Shown piece after piece: positions 16,922 through 25,678 of a DNA stretch of 64,000 nt. The first letter of the stretch is position 1. Each line of letters opens with the position of its first letter. Both the position numbers and the translations under genes were made by a program. Below the pieces are notes generated by a model. It was not told where the DNA came from and ran no database searches. It saw only the letters and a list, made by a program, of their open reading frames with translations. Source of the stretch: an uncultured archaeon (GTDB lineage Archaea; Altiarchaeota; Altiarchaeia; IMC4; SCGC-AAA252-I15); contig CAZPLO010000004.1 of the NCBI GenBank assembly GCA_964587725.1, positions 16,323-80,322 on the forward strand, written 5' to 3'.

Positions 16922-18718
16922 ATGCCACCGAGGTTCCTCACCATATCCAAGTACGAGGTGAAGCAGTACTCCGGCAGGTACTTCGAACAGCTGTTCGTCT
17001 TCGCGGGCATAATCCTCATATTCCTGATACTGTCTCCGTCGGATGCGGGCGCCGGCACCCTCGACACCCCCAGCTCCTACAGCATGTACCGCATAGGATA
17101 CAACAGGGGGAGCGCGTTCGAAGCCCACAACCACTACTCCCTCAACATGCTGCCGTACGACAGCCGCGCAGAGGCCCTGGAGGACCTGGAAGCCGGTGCG
17201 ATTGACGTGTACGCCTTCGAAGAATGCGGGGGGGCGTCGTTCGAGACCGCCGGCACGGTTAAGTCGGCTGCTGCATTGAAGCGGGTGCAGCAGGTGATGG
17301 TGGGCGTGAAACGGGACAGGATATACGCGCTCGCGGACGCGAACGAAAGCCTCGACGGCATACTCCTGCCCATAAAGGTGCGGACGGAAGAGATTGAGGT
17401 CGACTACGGCGGAGCCATAGACCCGTCCGTGCTGCTGCACAGGGTGCGGTTCATAAACCGCTCCCGAGACAACGGCAACGTGTCGGACGTCAACATACTC
17501 GACATAGACGAGGTGATGGGCCAGAACCTCTCCGGAATAAGGAGCGGGCGGAGATACAGCAGCGCCGAAAACGACACCGACGAAGTCGGCTTCACGCTGC
17601 CGGAGGAGTGGGAGATACCGTTCGTGTTCGAGAGCCTCTACCACAACATGAGCGTTGTTTCAGTGTCCATCCTGCTGGCGCTGCTGCTGACGCTGTCGTT
17701 CGCGCGGGAGAAGGTCAACGACACCATGGACGTGCTGCTGCAGACGCCCGCCGCCAAGTGGGAGATACTCGCCGGAAAGTCCATCCCGTACCTGTCGGTG
17801 ATGGTGGCTGTGAACCTCGCATACGGGTTCGTCACCGTCGGCCCGGTGGAGGGGCTGAAGATAGGTTACATCTTCACTGTGTTGTCTGTTACGCTGGTGT
17901 CTTTCGCGCTGTTCGCAGTGCTCGCGTCGCGGAGCTACCGGGAGCTCACGTTCACCAGCACCATATCGCTGCTGTCGTTCCTAATGTTCATCGTGTTGCC
18001 GAACATATTCTCCGGCTTGAACGTGCTCGCCTTCATCTCGCCGTTGGACACCATAACCAGCATAGAAAACAACGCCCCCGTCGGGTTAGGGGACGTGTTT
18101 TTGTCGCTGCTGCCGTACAAGTTCCTGTCGATGTTTTTCCTGGCTGCGTCGCTGATGTGCTTCAACGCCGACACCTTCCACAACACCCCCGGTGTCCTCG
18201 GGCTGGTGAAGCTGTTCTACACCAACCTGTCAAGACGCCTCGGGGGGGGCGTGAAGTACATGGTGGCGGGGGTGGCGCTGCTGGTGCCGTTCATCTACGT
18301 CGTCCAGAACATCACCGCCTACCTCATAATACCGTTGGGTCTCGCCGCCCCTTATGCGTCGCTGCTGGTGCTGGCATTGGCGGAGGAGCTGGCGAAGATT
18401 CTGCCCTACCACTTTAACCGGCGGATTAACCCCCTCCTCTACGGCGTGGTTGCCGGAGCGTCCTTCTTCGTAACCGAGAAGGTGTTCAACATATACTTGA
18501 TTTCGAAGGTGTACTCGTATCTGCCGCCGCCGTACACGATGTTCGTGTTCAAGGGCCTCGCCTACACCCTCTTCCTGCACGTGACGGTAACCGCCGCGTA
18601 CGCGTTCCTCCTGTCCAAGACCAGCGGCAGACGCAGCCTTTTCTACGGCCTCGCCGCAGCCACGGTAATACACGCAGCCTATAACCTGTTCATGCTCCGC
18701 GGAGGTGTGCTACGGTGA
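16922..18718 (+). CDS. ABC-2-type permease-like membrane protein with possible CPBP (CAAX protease)-like C-terminal region
   Basis: 598 aa. N-terminal TM, an extracellular domain of about 200 aa, and at least 6 TMs. The C-terminal region carries AEELAKILPYHF and IHAAYN (EE...H...HxxxN-like). No ATPase gene is adjacent. Confidence 0.4.
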   Translation: MPPRFLTISKYEVKQYSGRYFEQLFVFAGIILIFLILSPSDAGAGTLDTPSSYSMYRIGYNRGSAFEAHNHYSLNMLPYDSRAEALEDLEAGAIDVYAFEECGGASFETAGTVKSAAALKRVQQVMVGVKRDRIYALADANESLDGILLPIKVRTEEIEVDYGGAIDPSVLLHRVRFINRSRDNGNVSDVNILDIDEVMGQNLSGIRSGRRYSSAENDTDEVGFTLPEEWEIPFVFESLYHNMSVVSVSILLALLLTLSFAREKVNDTMDVLLQTPAAKWEILAGKSIPYLSVMVAVNLAYGFVTVGPVEGLKIGYIFTVLSVTLVSFALFAVLASRSYRELTFTSTISLLSFLMFIVLPNIFSGLNVLAFISPLDTITSIENNAPVGLGDVFLSLLPYKFLSMFFLAASLMCFNADTFHNTPGVLGLVKLFYTNLSRRLGGGVKYMVAGVALLVPFIYVVQNITAYLIIPLGLAAPYASLLVLALAEELAKILPYHFNRRINPLLYGVVAGASFFVTEKVFNIYLISKVYSYLPPPYTMFVFKGLAYTLFLHVTVTAAYAFLLSKTSGRRSLFYGLAAATVIHAAYNLFMLRGGVLR

Positions 18719-19806
18719 AGGAACGCATCATAGCGTGGAGGGAGTTCAAGGCGATGATGCGGGAGAAAAGCTTCGCCCTCATACTGGTGTTCGAGATACT
18801 GCTGGTTTCGTCGTCGGCGTTCCTGAGCGTCGGCTACAACATACTAACGTCGCCGGAGTCGAGCGAGTTCCTGGAGGGCATGCGGAACGTCGTCTACGTG
18901 GGGTTGGTTACGGAGTCGAGGCGGGAGTTCTCCCAGCCGCTTCAGCGGGCGGGGATAGCCTACTTCCAGTACGATAGCCTGTTGAATGCGGAAGATGACC
19001 TCCGAAGCGGCGTACTCGACGCCGTCATCATAGGGGACGTGGATTTGCGGGACGAACACAACGTCATCACAGTGTACATGCCATCCAACACCCCTAAGAT
19101 GGGGTTGATACGGCTGTCGCTGAAACGGTTTTTCCTGGACGTGGAGGAGCGTCTGAGAAACGTTAAGATGCTGATATACACACCGGACCTGGAGCTGCTG
19201 GAATACGAGGAGGCCGCCGACACCAGGACTGCGCGGCACTTCGAAGTCTTCTACATATTCACGGTGCCGCTGCTGTTCTTCATGCCCGCGATAATGGCGG
19301 GCAGCCTGATGGTAGACAGTCTGAGCGAGGAGTTCGAGTCCAAGAGGATACTGAACCTGGTGACCGCGCCGCTGAAGTACAAGACGATAGTGTACGGGAA
19401 GTGCCTGGCGGCGTTCGCCGTCACCCTACCCCACTGCCTGATATGGCTGGCGCTGCTTTCTTTCACGGACTTCAAACCCCACAACCCACTGGGGATACTG
19501 GCCGCGTTCACACTCTACACCTGCTTCTTCATCGCCGCCGGCGCGGCGACAGCGTTGAGGGTGAGGGGGAACAGGGGGTCGCAGATGACCTACACGGTGT
19601 TGGCTGTGGCTTCGATCGCGTTGTTTTCGCCGTCCGCAAACGCCTTCCCAGCTCTTTTAAAATTCTCGCCCGCGCACGTCCTGACTAATCTGGCGTTGGG
19701 GGCCGGCACAGCGAGCATGTGGTGGCAGTTCACGGTGCTGCTGGCTTTGACGGCCGCCGCAGCATACGTCATGCAGAGGGAGTCGGACGGCCTCAGAAGC
19801 GTTTAG
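18715..19806 (+). CDS. ABC-2 family transporter permease
   Basis: GTG start overlapping the upstream stop. MKERIIAWREFKAMMREKSFALILVFEILLVSSSAF is a typical ABC-2 N-terminus, with 6 predicted TMs. Confidence 0.5.
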   Translation: MKERIIAWREFKAMMREKSFALILVFEILLVSSSAFLSVGYNILTSPESSEFLEGMRNVVYVGLVTESRREFSQPLQRAGIAYFQYDSLLNAEDDLRSGVLDAVIIGDVDLRDEHNVITVYMPSNTPKMGLIRLSLKRFFLDVEERLRNVKMLIYTPDLELLEYEEAADTRTARHFEVFYIFTVPLLFFMPAIMAGSLMVDSLSEEFESKRILNLVTAPLKYKTIVYGKCLAAFAVTLPHCLIWLALLSFTDFKPHNPLGILAAFTLYTCFFIAAGAATALRVRGNRGSQMTYTVLAVASIALFSPSANAFPALLKFSPAHVLTNLALGAGTASMWWQFTVLLALTAAAAYVMQRESDGLRSV

Positions 19807-20735
19807 TCGACGCAGTATTTTATCATGCCTATGCTGCGACAGTCTCCGCTGCAGCAGTCACGGTCGCCTGCGCACTTGTTGCCTGCGGTTACGCAGCATC
19901 TGCCGTTGAGGCAACGGTTAGCGCACTCGTGGCGGAGTGTTTTCAGCTGCCCGGACTCGCAGTAGTATTCGAGAAGGTTGTCTGCGTCGATGCAGTACTC
20001 GCATAAGTCTTCCATGTAGGTGTCGTTAAGCCAGTAGCGGCCGGACACGTTGACGCTCCGGACGTCGTAGTCCCGTCCGTCGGCGTCAAAGCAGCCGGGC
20101 AAGGTGGTGGATGTGGTGGATGTGGTCGCACTCTTGTTGGCGACCCTGTCTAGTATGGAGTCGAAGCCAGAAGTCTGCAGGGGAGTGAGCGTGGTCGACG
20201 TCGTCGGTGAGGGAATGATGTCGTCCTTGTTCACGCACCCCACTCCGACCACGCACTCCTGCCAGCCGCCGCAGGGGTAAGAGCTTATCTCCCTGCTGCT
20301 ACGGTACAGGCACTTTCCCTCCAAGCAGCTTATTGCGGTGTAGTGTATGGTTATGGCGCGGTCGTGCTCGTCGCACGTTACGTTGGCGTAGGACACGCAA
20401 TCCTCCATGGATACACACTCCGCCTCCAACGTCGTGGACGTGGTCGAGGAGGATGTTGTGGTGGCTGTGGTGGAGGTTGCAGCCTCCGACGCAGTGGAGG
20501 TGGTGGACTCATCCCTGTCGCATATGTGGTTGAGGTTCGAATCCAGGCAACAATCGTTGTTATAGAGTATGTATGGGGGCCTGCATACCGGCTTGTCGAT
20601 GTCGCATATGCCGTCGTCGTTCTCGTCCAAACAGCACTCCCCGTAAACCAGCTTATACGGCCTCTCGCAGGACGGGCCGTTGACGCACGCCGACAGCAGC
20701 ACCGCCGCAGCCAGCGCCAGATACACCAGCTTCAT
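19803..20735 (-). CDS. Secreted Cys-rich, Thr-rich protein
   Basis: Signal MKLVYLALAAAVLLSAC at the internal ATG. Repeated CCLDENDDGICDID and CCLDSNLNHICDRD motifs, two Thr-rich linkers, and many paired Cys. Confidence 0.6.
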   Translation of the reverse strand: MKLVYLALAAAVLLSACVNGPSCERPYKLVYGECCLDENDDGICDIDKPVCRPPYILYNNDCCLDSNLNHICDRDESTTSTASEAATSTTATTTSSSTTSTTLEAECVSMEDCVSYANVTCDEHDRAITIHYTAISCLEGKCLYRSSREISSYPCGGWQECVVGVGCVNKDDIIPSPTTSTTLTPLQTSGFDSILDRVANKSATTSTTSTTLPGCFDADGRDYDVRSVNVSGRYWLNDTYMEDLCEYCIDADNLLEYYCESGQLKTLRHECANRCLNGRCCVTAGNKCAGDRDCCSGDCRSIGMIKYCVD

Positions 20736-20810
20736 CAGTAAGAATGGGGAACACACGTTAATAACCCCTTCTGCGGGGGGATTTATTTATCGTCCCTCAA
20801 AAGTTGTTTT

Positions 20811-22616
20811 GTGACCGTGGACTCCGACTTGGGCGGCATAGAAGTTAAGGAACTGGGCAGATTCAACCGCCAGATGAACGACGTGGTCGACGACATCAGC
20901 TCCAAGAAAACAGCTAAGAGAGACATCTACGACGAAATATCTATAGAACTGGAGGGTATATCGGAGCTCACCAACATAGACTCCCACAAGTTTATCGAAG
21001 TCGTGAAGAAACACGAGGAAAACTACGGAACCCTAGTTGAAGACTACCGTGGGAAGATATTGTCTAAGGTAGACTATCCGATGCCGCCTGGGATGGCCGA
21101 CTCCCTGGTGGAGGTGATGATAGGCCTTAACCTGCTAAAAGACCTGGTGTTCGAGGCCGGAGGCTACGAGAAGGCAGTGGAGTACGCGTGCAAAAGGTAT
21201 GGGGTCTCCAGGGAAGAACTAACTGTCAAGGCCGTGGAGGACGAACTTAAGGTTGCCATCGTAGAAGACAAATTCAGGATACGGGATGCCTTCAGGGTGA
21301 TAACGTCGTTCTGCGGGCCGGAACTCTGCCAGGACATCTTCTCCCTCTTCGTGATAGCCAACGCGGGGAAGGTGGTGTCCGTCAACGACGCCTCCGGCAG
21401 GATAGTTGGCGTCGTACAGTTGATGGTGGACAAATGGGGGGATTCTTACATGCCCGTCTACTCCGTGCTTAAAAGCTACAGGGACAGCAGCGTAGCCTCC
21501 ATCCTCTTGGACGCGGCCGAGGAAAACGCGGTGGGCCGGTACGTTTCAGCCACCCGCTCCCTCGACATGATATACAACATCCGGAACATGCTCGACCGCG
21601 GATACGTGGCCCGCACATTCATACCCGACTTCTGGGGGGAGGAGAAACCGAGGATAGTGTTGGAGAAGGACCTTGAGCAGCCGGCAGAGAAGATAGATTT
21701 CAACGTTAAAGACATTCCCTCCCTGACAGAATACCTGGAGGGAGTGGAGGCCTTCTCCACACCCGCGAAAAACACGGAACTCATAGATGAGGCGTTGAAC
21801 AGGAGGGGGTTCGAGCTCGTCGACTTCCTGCCCTCCGACTCCGTGGAAGACGAGCAGCTTGTACTGGTCAGAACAGACATGGAAAGCATATTCAACCCCC
21901 GAGAATTCCATTTCAGCTTCCCCGAACCAGCTAACGGGCTGGAATTCACCCTCATAAGGGGGTATGACGACATCTACGAGGCCATAGGGGTGACGGAACG
22001 CTACCGCAGGTCGAGGGGCGAGTCCGTGGACAGATACATAATCCACAAAAACTATCCAGTGCTGAAGATAATATCATATGTCGGATTGGTGGTGGGGCTG
22101 CGGGACGAAGAAGGCAGGCTGGCTGCGTTCGCAAGCCTCCTCTGGGACAAAGACGGCGGAATCTGCTTCCACACCCTCTCAGCGCTCCCGGAATACGGTT
22201 TGAGGAAGCCGAGGCTGACGCTCCTGGAGTTCCTCCGCAGCCTGGCGGAGCAGACCGGACGGAAGAGGGCCTGGTTCATCCACTCCATGCAGGACGCAGC
22301 ATTCATTGAAACCGTCCTGAACGAGACGGGATTCGACGCCACCAGCGTGTTCATAGACCCGTTCGGGAACGGACACGACTACCTGCTCCTCGAATCAAAC
22401 GTGCCCGCGGAGGATTCGAAGCCCGCGGAGCCGGGGGAGGCGCGCCACATACGCGGGTTCATCGAACTCCGGCCGGGAGACAACGCGGTTCTAGCCTCTG
22501 CCGGAAACCACGAGCTCATAGACCTGGTGTTGGGGGAGGGCTTCCGGCTGACGTCGGTGGTGGACGGAACCGCAGTCGACGAACCAGGGGAGAAACTCTT
22601 CCTGTTCAGGCGCTGA
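20811..22616 (+). CDS. Hypothetical cytoplasmic protein (601 aa)
   Basis: Long ORF with ordinary globular composition. No motif recognised by eye. Confidence 0.5.
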   Translation: MTVDSDLGGIEVKELGRFNRQMNDVVDDISSKKTAKRDIYDEISIELEGISELTNIDSHKFIEVVKKHEENYGTLVEDYRGKILSKVDYPMPPGMADSLVEVMIGLNLLKDLVFEAGGYEKAVEYACKRYGVSREELTVKAVEDELKVAIVEDKFRIRDAFRVITSFCGPELCQDIFSLFVIANAGKVVSVNDASGRIVGVVQLMVDKWGDSYMPVYSVLKSYRDSSVASILLDAAEENAVGRYVSATRSLDMIYNIRNMLDRGYVARTFIPDFWGEEKPRIVLEKDLEQPAEKIDFNVKDIPSLTEYLEGVEAFSTPAKNTELIDEALNRRGFELVDFLPSDSVEDEQLVLVRTDMESIFNPREFHFSFPEPANGLEFTLIRGYDDIYEAIGVTERYRRSRGESVDRYIIHKNYPVLKIISYVGLVVGLRDEEGRLAAFASLLWDKDGGICFHTLSALPEYGLRKPRLTLLEFLRSLAEQTGRKRAWFIHSMQDAAFIETVLNETGFDATSVFIDPFGNGHDYLLLESNVPAEDSKPAEPGEARHIRGFIELRPGDNAVLASAGNHELIDLVLGEGFRLTSVVDGTAVDEPGEKLFLFRR

Positions 22617-22650
22617 ACGCTTTTTAGACGGAGCCCGCCTAGAGTATATC

Positions 22651-23679
22651 ATGCGCAGAGTCCGGGAACATCACGTAGACCGGGGCGGTGACGAGCTCAG
22701 GGGCCCCAACATATTCGAGTACGGGGAGATTGTGTCCCAATACCCTCAATCCAGGAAAATACCTTCCCAGGCGTTCGAGGAAGCCTGCGACACAATAGTG
22801 GACGACTTCGAAGCCGCCTTCAGGAAGGAGCATGCGAGGGAGTACGCTGCGGCCGAGTCGATGAGCGGCGACCCCGCGACAGTGAAGCTGGTGAGCCGGC
22901 TTCCCGTCCACGCCCTCGAAGTGGGACCGGGCACGGGAAGAGCCACCATACCGTGGATTAAAAGAATGGATGAACGCTTCAGCCTCTCCTACTACGGCGT
23001 CGACGTGTCAGACCACATGACCGTGGAGGCGAGGAAAGCCGTCAGCAAAGGCTTCACAGGATATACCGAACCAGTGTATGCGGACTTCGGGGGAATCAGC
23101 ATAACAAACCGGGACATGGCGGATGTGAAAGCTGGCAGGGTCTTCGACACAGCCCTGCTGTCGTTCGTAGCCCACACCCTCGACGACTTCAAACCCGTGG
23201 TGGACAAGGTCCTGGACTGCATGGTCGGCGGAGGCAGGGCGTATTTCATCCGCTCGGACTGCGACTGGTACCGGTTGATAGCCGGCGACAGACCAGCCGG
23301 CGGAGTGGAGCCTGAAACCACAGCCTTCTGGAGGGAATACGCGCGGGTGAGGGCTGAAAGAGGCCTGCAGCCGCATGACGCGGTTAAACGATTGTATGAC
23401 TTATCAGACGTCAGGGAACACCTTGAATCCAGGGGATGGGGTTTGGACGAGAAAAAAGTTGATGGTTCTAAATACAGCTTCAGCTACTCGTTCAGGGACT
23501 TCCTCGACATGATAGGGGACGGCACATACACGGCGTTAGGCTCCAACCTCAGCGGAGGCGACAGGAAAATGCTCCACGACCACATGAGCAGGTGGGTCAG
23601 GGAGAACCGGGTGGACTTGGATAAACGGCAGGAGTTCGGATCACGGCTGGTCGTGGCCGTGGCTTCCAGGAGAAGCTAG
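22651..23679 (+). CDS. Class I SAM-dependent methyltransferase
   Basis: LEVGPGTGRATIPWIK (motif I, GxGxG) followed by an acidic residue two strands later (YGVDVS). Confidence 0.6.
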   Translation: MRRVREHHVDRGGDELRGPNIFEYGEIVSQYPQSRKIPSQAFEEACDTIVDDFEAAFRKEHAREYAAAESMSGDPATVKLVSRLPVHALEVGPGTGRATIPWIKRMDERFSLSYYGVDVSDHMTVEARKAVSKGFTGYTEPVYADFGGISITNRDMADVKAGRVFDTALLSFVAHTLDDFKPVVDKVLDCMVGGGRAYFIRSDCDWYRLIAGDRPAGGVEPETTAFWREYARVRAERGLQPHDAVKRLYDLSDVREHLESRGWGLDEKKVDGSKYSFSYSFRDFLDMIGDGTYTALGSNLSGGDRKMLHDHMSRWVRENRVDLDKRQEFGSRLVVAVASRRS

Positions 23680-24023
23680 GGCCCCGAAACCGTTAGGGAC
23701 GGCTTCAGCAGCTTCAACGCCGCCGCCAGCCCGTCGCGGTCGCGCATGTAGTATCGTTTCTCGCCTTCACGGGTCTTGATTATCAGCTGGTTGCGGCCGA
23801 CCCAGAAGATTTTGCTCACCAGCCAGTCGATGTTCTTCAGTTTCACCTCGAGTATGTCGCCGAGCTTCATCACATCCTGCATCCGCCCCGGCGCATCCTT
23901 CATGGGGCGGTTGTAGTGGAACACGAGGCCCTGCTGATACAGAATCAGAGTACCCCACTTCAGCCCGAACGCGCTGCCGTCGCACACGTCCTTCTCCAGA
24001 AACAATATGGTGTCCCTGTCCAT
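23676..24023 (-). CDS. Hypothetical small protein (possible PH-like fold)
   Basis: Internal ATG of ORF 23676..24149. A beta-rich product of about 115 aa. The upstream extension overlaps the promoter of the + gene. Confidence 0.35.
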   Translation of the reverse strand: MDRDTILFLEKDVCDGSAFGLKWGTLILYQQGLVFHYNRPMKDAPGRMQDVMKLGDILEVKLKNIDWLVSKIFWVGRNQLIIKTREGEKRYYMRDRDGLAAALKLLKPSLTVSGP

Positions 24024-24070
24024 ACAGAAAGTAATTAGATGCGGGGGGTTAATAGCGTCCACGGCGTCTA

Positions 24071-24080
24071 CTATAAAAAT
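24071..24080 (+). promoter_or_regulatory. TATA box (ctataaaaat) about 25 nt upstream of ATG 24103
   Basis: Canonical archaeal TATA spacing for a leaderless transcript. Confidence 0.45.
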
Positions 24081-24102
24081 GCGTACCCCACATAATGTAA
24101 CC

Positions 24103-24331
24103 ATGGCATCCGACAGGTGGCTGTGGACCGTACTGGCGGTAGCGTCCATAGCCTACCTCCTGAACCCCGGCATGGGGTTGTTCGAGTTCATCCCAGACAA
24201 CCTCCCCCCTGGTGGGGAACCTGGATGAAGCGGGCGCCCTACTACTGTTGCTGCGGAGCCTCGTGGAACTCGGCATACTCAAATCCGACAAAGCCGAGAA
24301 ACTACTCAACCTCCCGGAAAAACTCAAATAA
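24103..24331 (+). pseudogene. DUF1232 (YkvA-like) small membrane protein interrupted by a frameshift at a C6 homopolymer (24204-24209)
   Basis: Frame A: MASDRWLWTVLAVASIAYLLNPGMGLFEFIPDNLPP then a stop 6 codons later. Frame +1 continues as LVGNLDEAGALLLLLRSLVELGILKSDKAEKLLNLPEKLK*. Joined, this gives the DUF1232 signature FIPDxxPxxGxLDeaxxLLLLL. Confidence 0.6.
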
Positions 24332-24410
24332 TCCAGGAAAAAAAAGCATAAACAATTTAAAATTTTCTATAAACTATTTAAAAAATCACGCAGAGTCGGA
24401 GACCCCGCCA

Positions 24411-24450
24411 TTCTTTCTTTTTTCGTGAACGTTCTTTCTTTCTTTTTAAG
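24411..24450. repeat. AT-rich motif ttctttctttttttcgtgaacgttctttctttcttttt (copy 1 of 2)
   Basis: About 30/36 identity with 25621-25656. Followed by an imperfect palindrome ctttttaagaaagaaaaaagg. Confidence 0.5.
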
Positions 24451-24460
24451 AAAGAAAAAA

Positions 24461-24660
24461 GGTTCGCCGAGGCCGAGACCCCGCTCATCTCCGACTCGCT
24501 TGCCTCAACCAGGTATGTGACACACTATTGCTTAGACGTGATAAGAAAACGCCGAGGTCGAGATTCCGTCAGACCCTTCGGACCTGACTTATCTCTCCCC
24601 AGTGCGCGATACACATTCGCTCTGATGTGATAAGAATTCGCCGAGGTCGAGATTTGAACT
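24461..24660. repeat. Tandem duplications of about 80-90 bp of the tRNA-Ser 3' end plus flank (copies at 24461-24490 degenerate, 24536-24570, 24626-24660)
   Basis: gtgataagaaaacgccgaggtcgagatt versus gtgataagaattcgccgaggtcgagatt, 90 bp apart, with similarity extending about 48 nt. The third copy ggttcgccgaggccgagacc lies 79 bp upstream. Confidence 0.7.
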
Positions 24661-24725
24661 CGAGCTCCCTTTTGGGGAACACGCTTTCCAGGCGTGCGCG
24701 TTAGTCCAGGCTCCGCCACCTCGGC
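24639..24725 (-). tRNA. tRNA-Ser (anticodon GGA), type II with long variable arm, no encoded CCA
   Basis: Folded by hand on the minus strand: acceptor GCCGAGG/CCTCGGC, D-arm GCG-GAGCCTGGACTAA-CGC, anticodon stem CACGC/GCGTG with loop CTGGAAA, variable arm TTCCCCAAAAGGGAGC, T-arm TCGAG-TTCAAAT-CTCGA, discriminator G. 87 nt. Confidence 0.8.
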
Positions 24726-24858
24726 ATGAACGTAAGTGAATGCCGAGGTTAGCAACCCAGAGGGTTGCGCCTGCCTCGGCAAAGTGTTTTGTGGAGTAAG
24801 GCTTTTATATTTAATGCTTCATAGTATTTATTTCACGTTTTAATGTAGTGTGTTTGTT

Positions 24859-25617
24859 ATGAGGGTTTGGGCTTATTTGATGTTGGGTTTGGCGATTTTC
24901 GCCGGTCTGCTGTCGGTTTACATCATCACGGGGTGTGGCGGCGGGAAGGCGGCGGTGGTGAACAACACCGTGTATCCTGTGGAGGGGCTGCGGGTTGTTT
25001 ACCTGTATCCTGCCAGGTGCGCGGAATGTGATTTGGCGGTTCCGGGGCAGTGCAGCTACTGCAACTCATACTATGACCTGCGGCTTATGGATTTGCTGAG
25101 TCAGGAGGTGGGTGTGCCGGTGGAGTTCGCGGTCAGCGACATCGTGTCCAAGCCCAACGTGTTCGTCGTGGACGATGGGAGGGCAACCCTTGGTGACGCG
25201 AGGACGAGATGGAACATAGCCAACACATTATGTCGTTTCGCCGGCGTGGAGAAATCATGCCAGCTGTTCAACGAGGAGTTGGATAGGGTTCGGAACTGCA
25301 TCGCCGACTACGGGGTTGATGAAAATCAGCTGATTTACCATACCAGCAGCCGCAACTGCCCGGTGTGCACTAGGACTGACGGGATAATAGAGGATCTTGT
25401 GGACCTGGAGTACAATGACACACTAATGTACAGCGTATACACCGTAGATCACGCAGACCCTGGGGAGAGGAAGATGATTACGGAGTGTATGCAGGCGTTC
25501 GACTACGTCGACTATGCGCCGCAGCTGCTGTGCCCCGCATCCGGCAGGGATTTGACCGGCGACTTCACCCTCGGACGGGCCCGCGAATTCGCAGACCAGT
25601 GCATTGAAGCAGGCTGA
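24859..25617 (+). CDS. Secreted/lipoprotein-like protein with multiple CxxC motifs
   Basis: MRVWAYLMLGLAIFAGLLSVYIITGCGGG (signal plus lipobox-like), then CAEC, CSYC, CPVC and further Cys. TATA-like ggcttttatattt lies upstream. Confidence 0.5.
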   Translation: MRVWAYLMLGLAIFAGLLSVYIITGCGGGKAAVVNNTVYPVEGLRVVYLYPARCAECDLAVPGQCSYCNSYYDLRLMDLLSQEVGVPVEFAVSDIVSKPNVFVVDDGRATLGDARTRWNIANTLCRFAGVEKSCQLFNEELDRVRNCIADYGVDENQLIYHTSSRNCPVCTRTDGIIEDLVDLEYNDTLMYSVYTVDHADPGERKMITECMQAFDYVDYAPQLLCPASGRDLTGDFTLGRAREFADQCIEAG

Positions 25618-25620
25618 TGG

Positions 25621-25656
25621 TTCTTTCTCTTTCGCGAACGCTTTTTCTTTATATGT
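25621..25656. repeat. AT-rich motif ttctttctctttcgcgaacgctttttctttatatg (copy 2 of 2; ends in a TATA box for the gene at 25679)
   Basis: Matches 24411-24450. TATA ctttatatg lies about 25 nt upstream of ATG 25679. Confidence 0.5.
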
Positions 25657-25678
25657 GTGGGGCTCCCTAATTTTATTG

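Noticed and set aside
24117-24428. 103-aa + ORF across the AT-rich spacer and DUF1232 region
   Set aside because: It is the third reading frame of the frameshifted DUF1232 gene and continues through AT-rich non-coding DNA. The product is Pro/Asn-rich.
24461-24660. Possible mini-CRISPR array (28-nt near-identical repeats with a regular 90-bp period)
   Set aside because: The 62-nt spacers are too long. Similarity extends about 48 nt beyond a core and includes the 3' end of a tRNA gene. Only 2 good copies plus a degenerate third. No cas genes are present. It is better explained as tandem duplication of the tRNA-Ser 3' end.
24332-24850. Integrated mobile element or prophage adjacent to the tRNA
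   Set aside because: No integrase, transposase or phage-like gene within 20 kb on either side. Only att-like fragments remain, so this is reported as a possible fossil rather than a mobile element.
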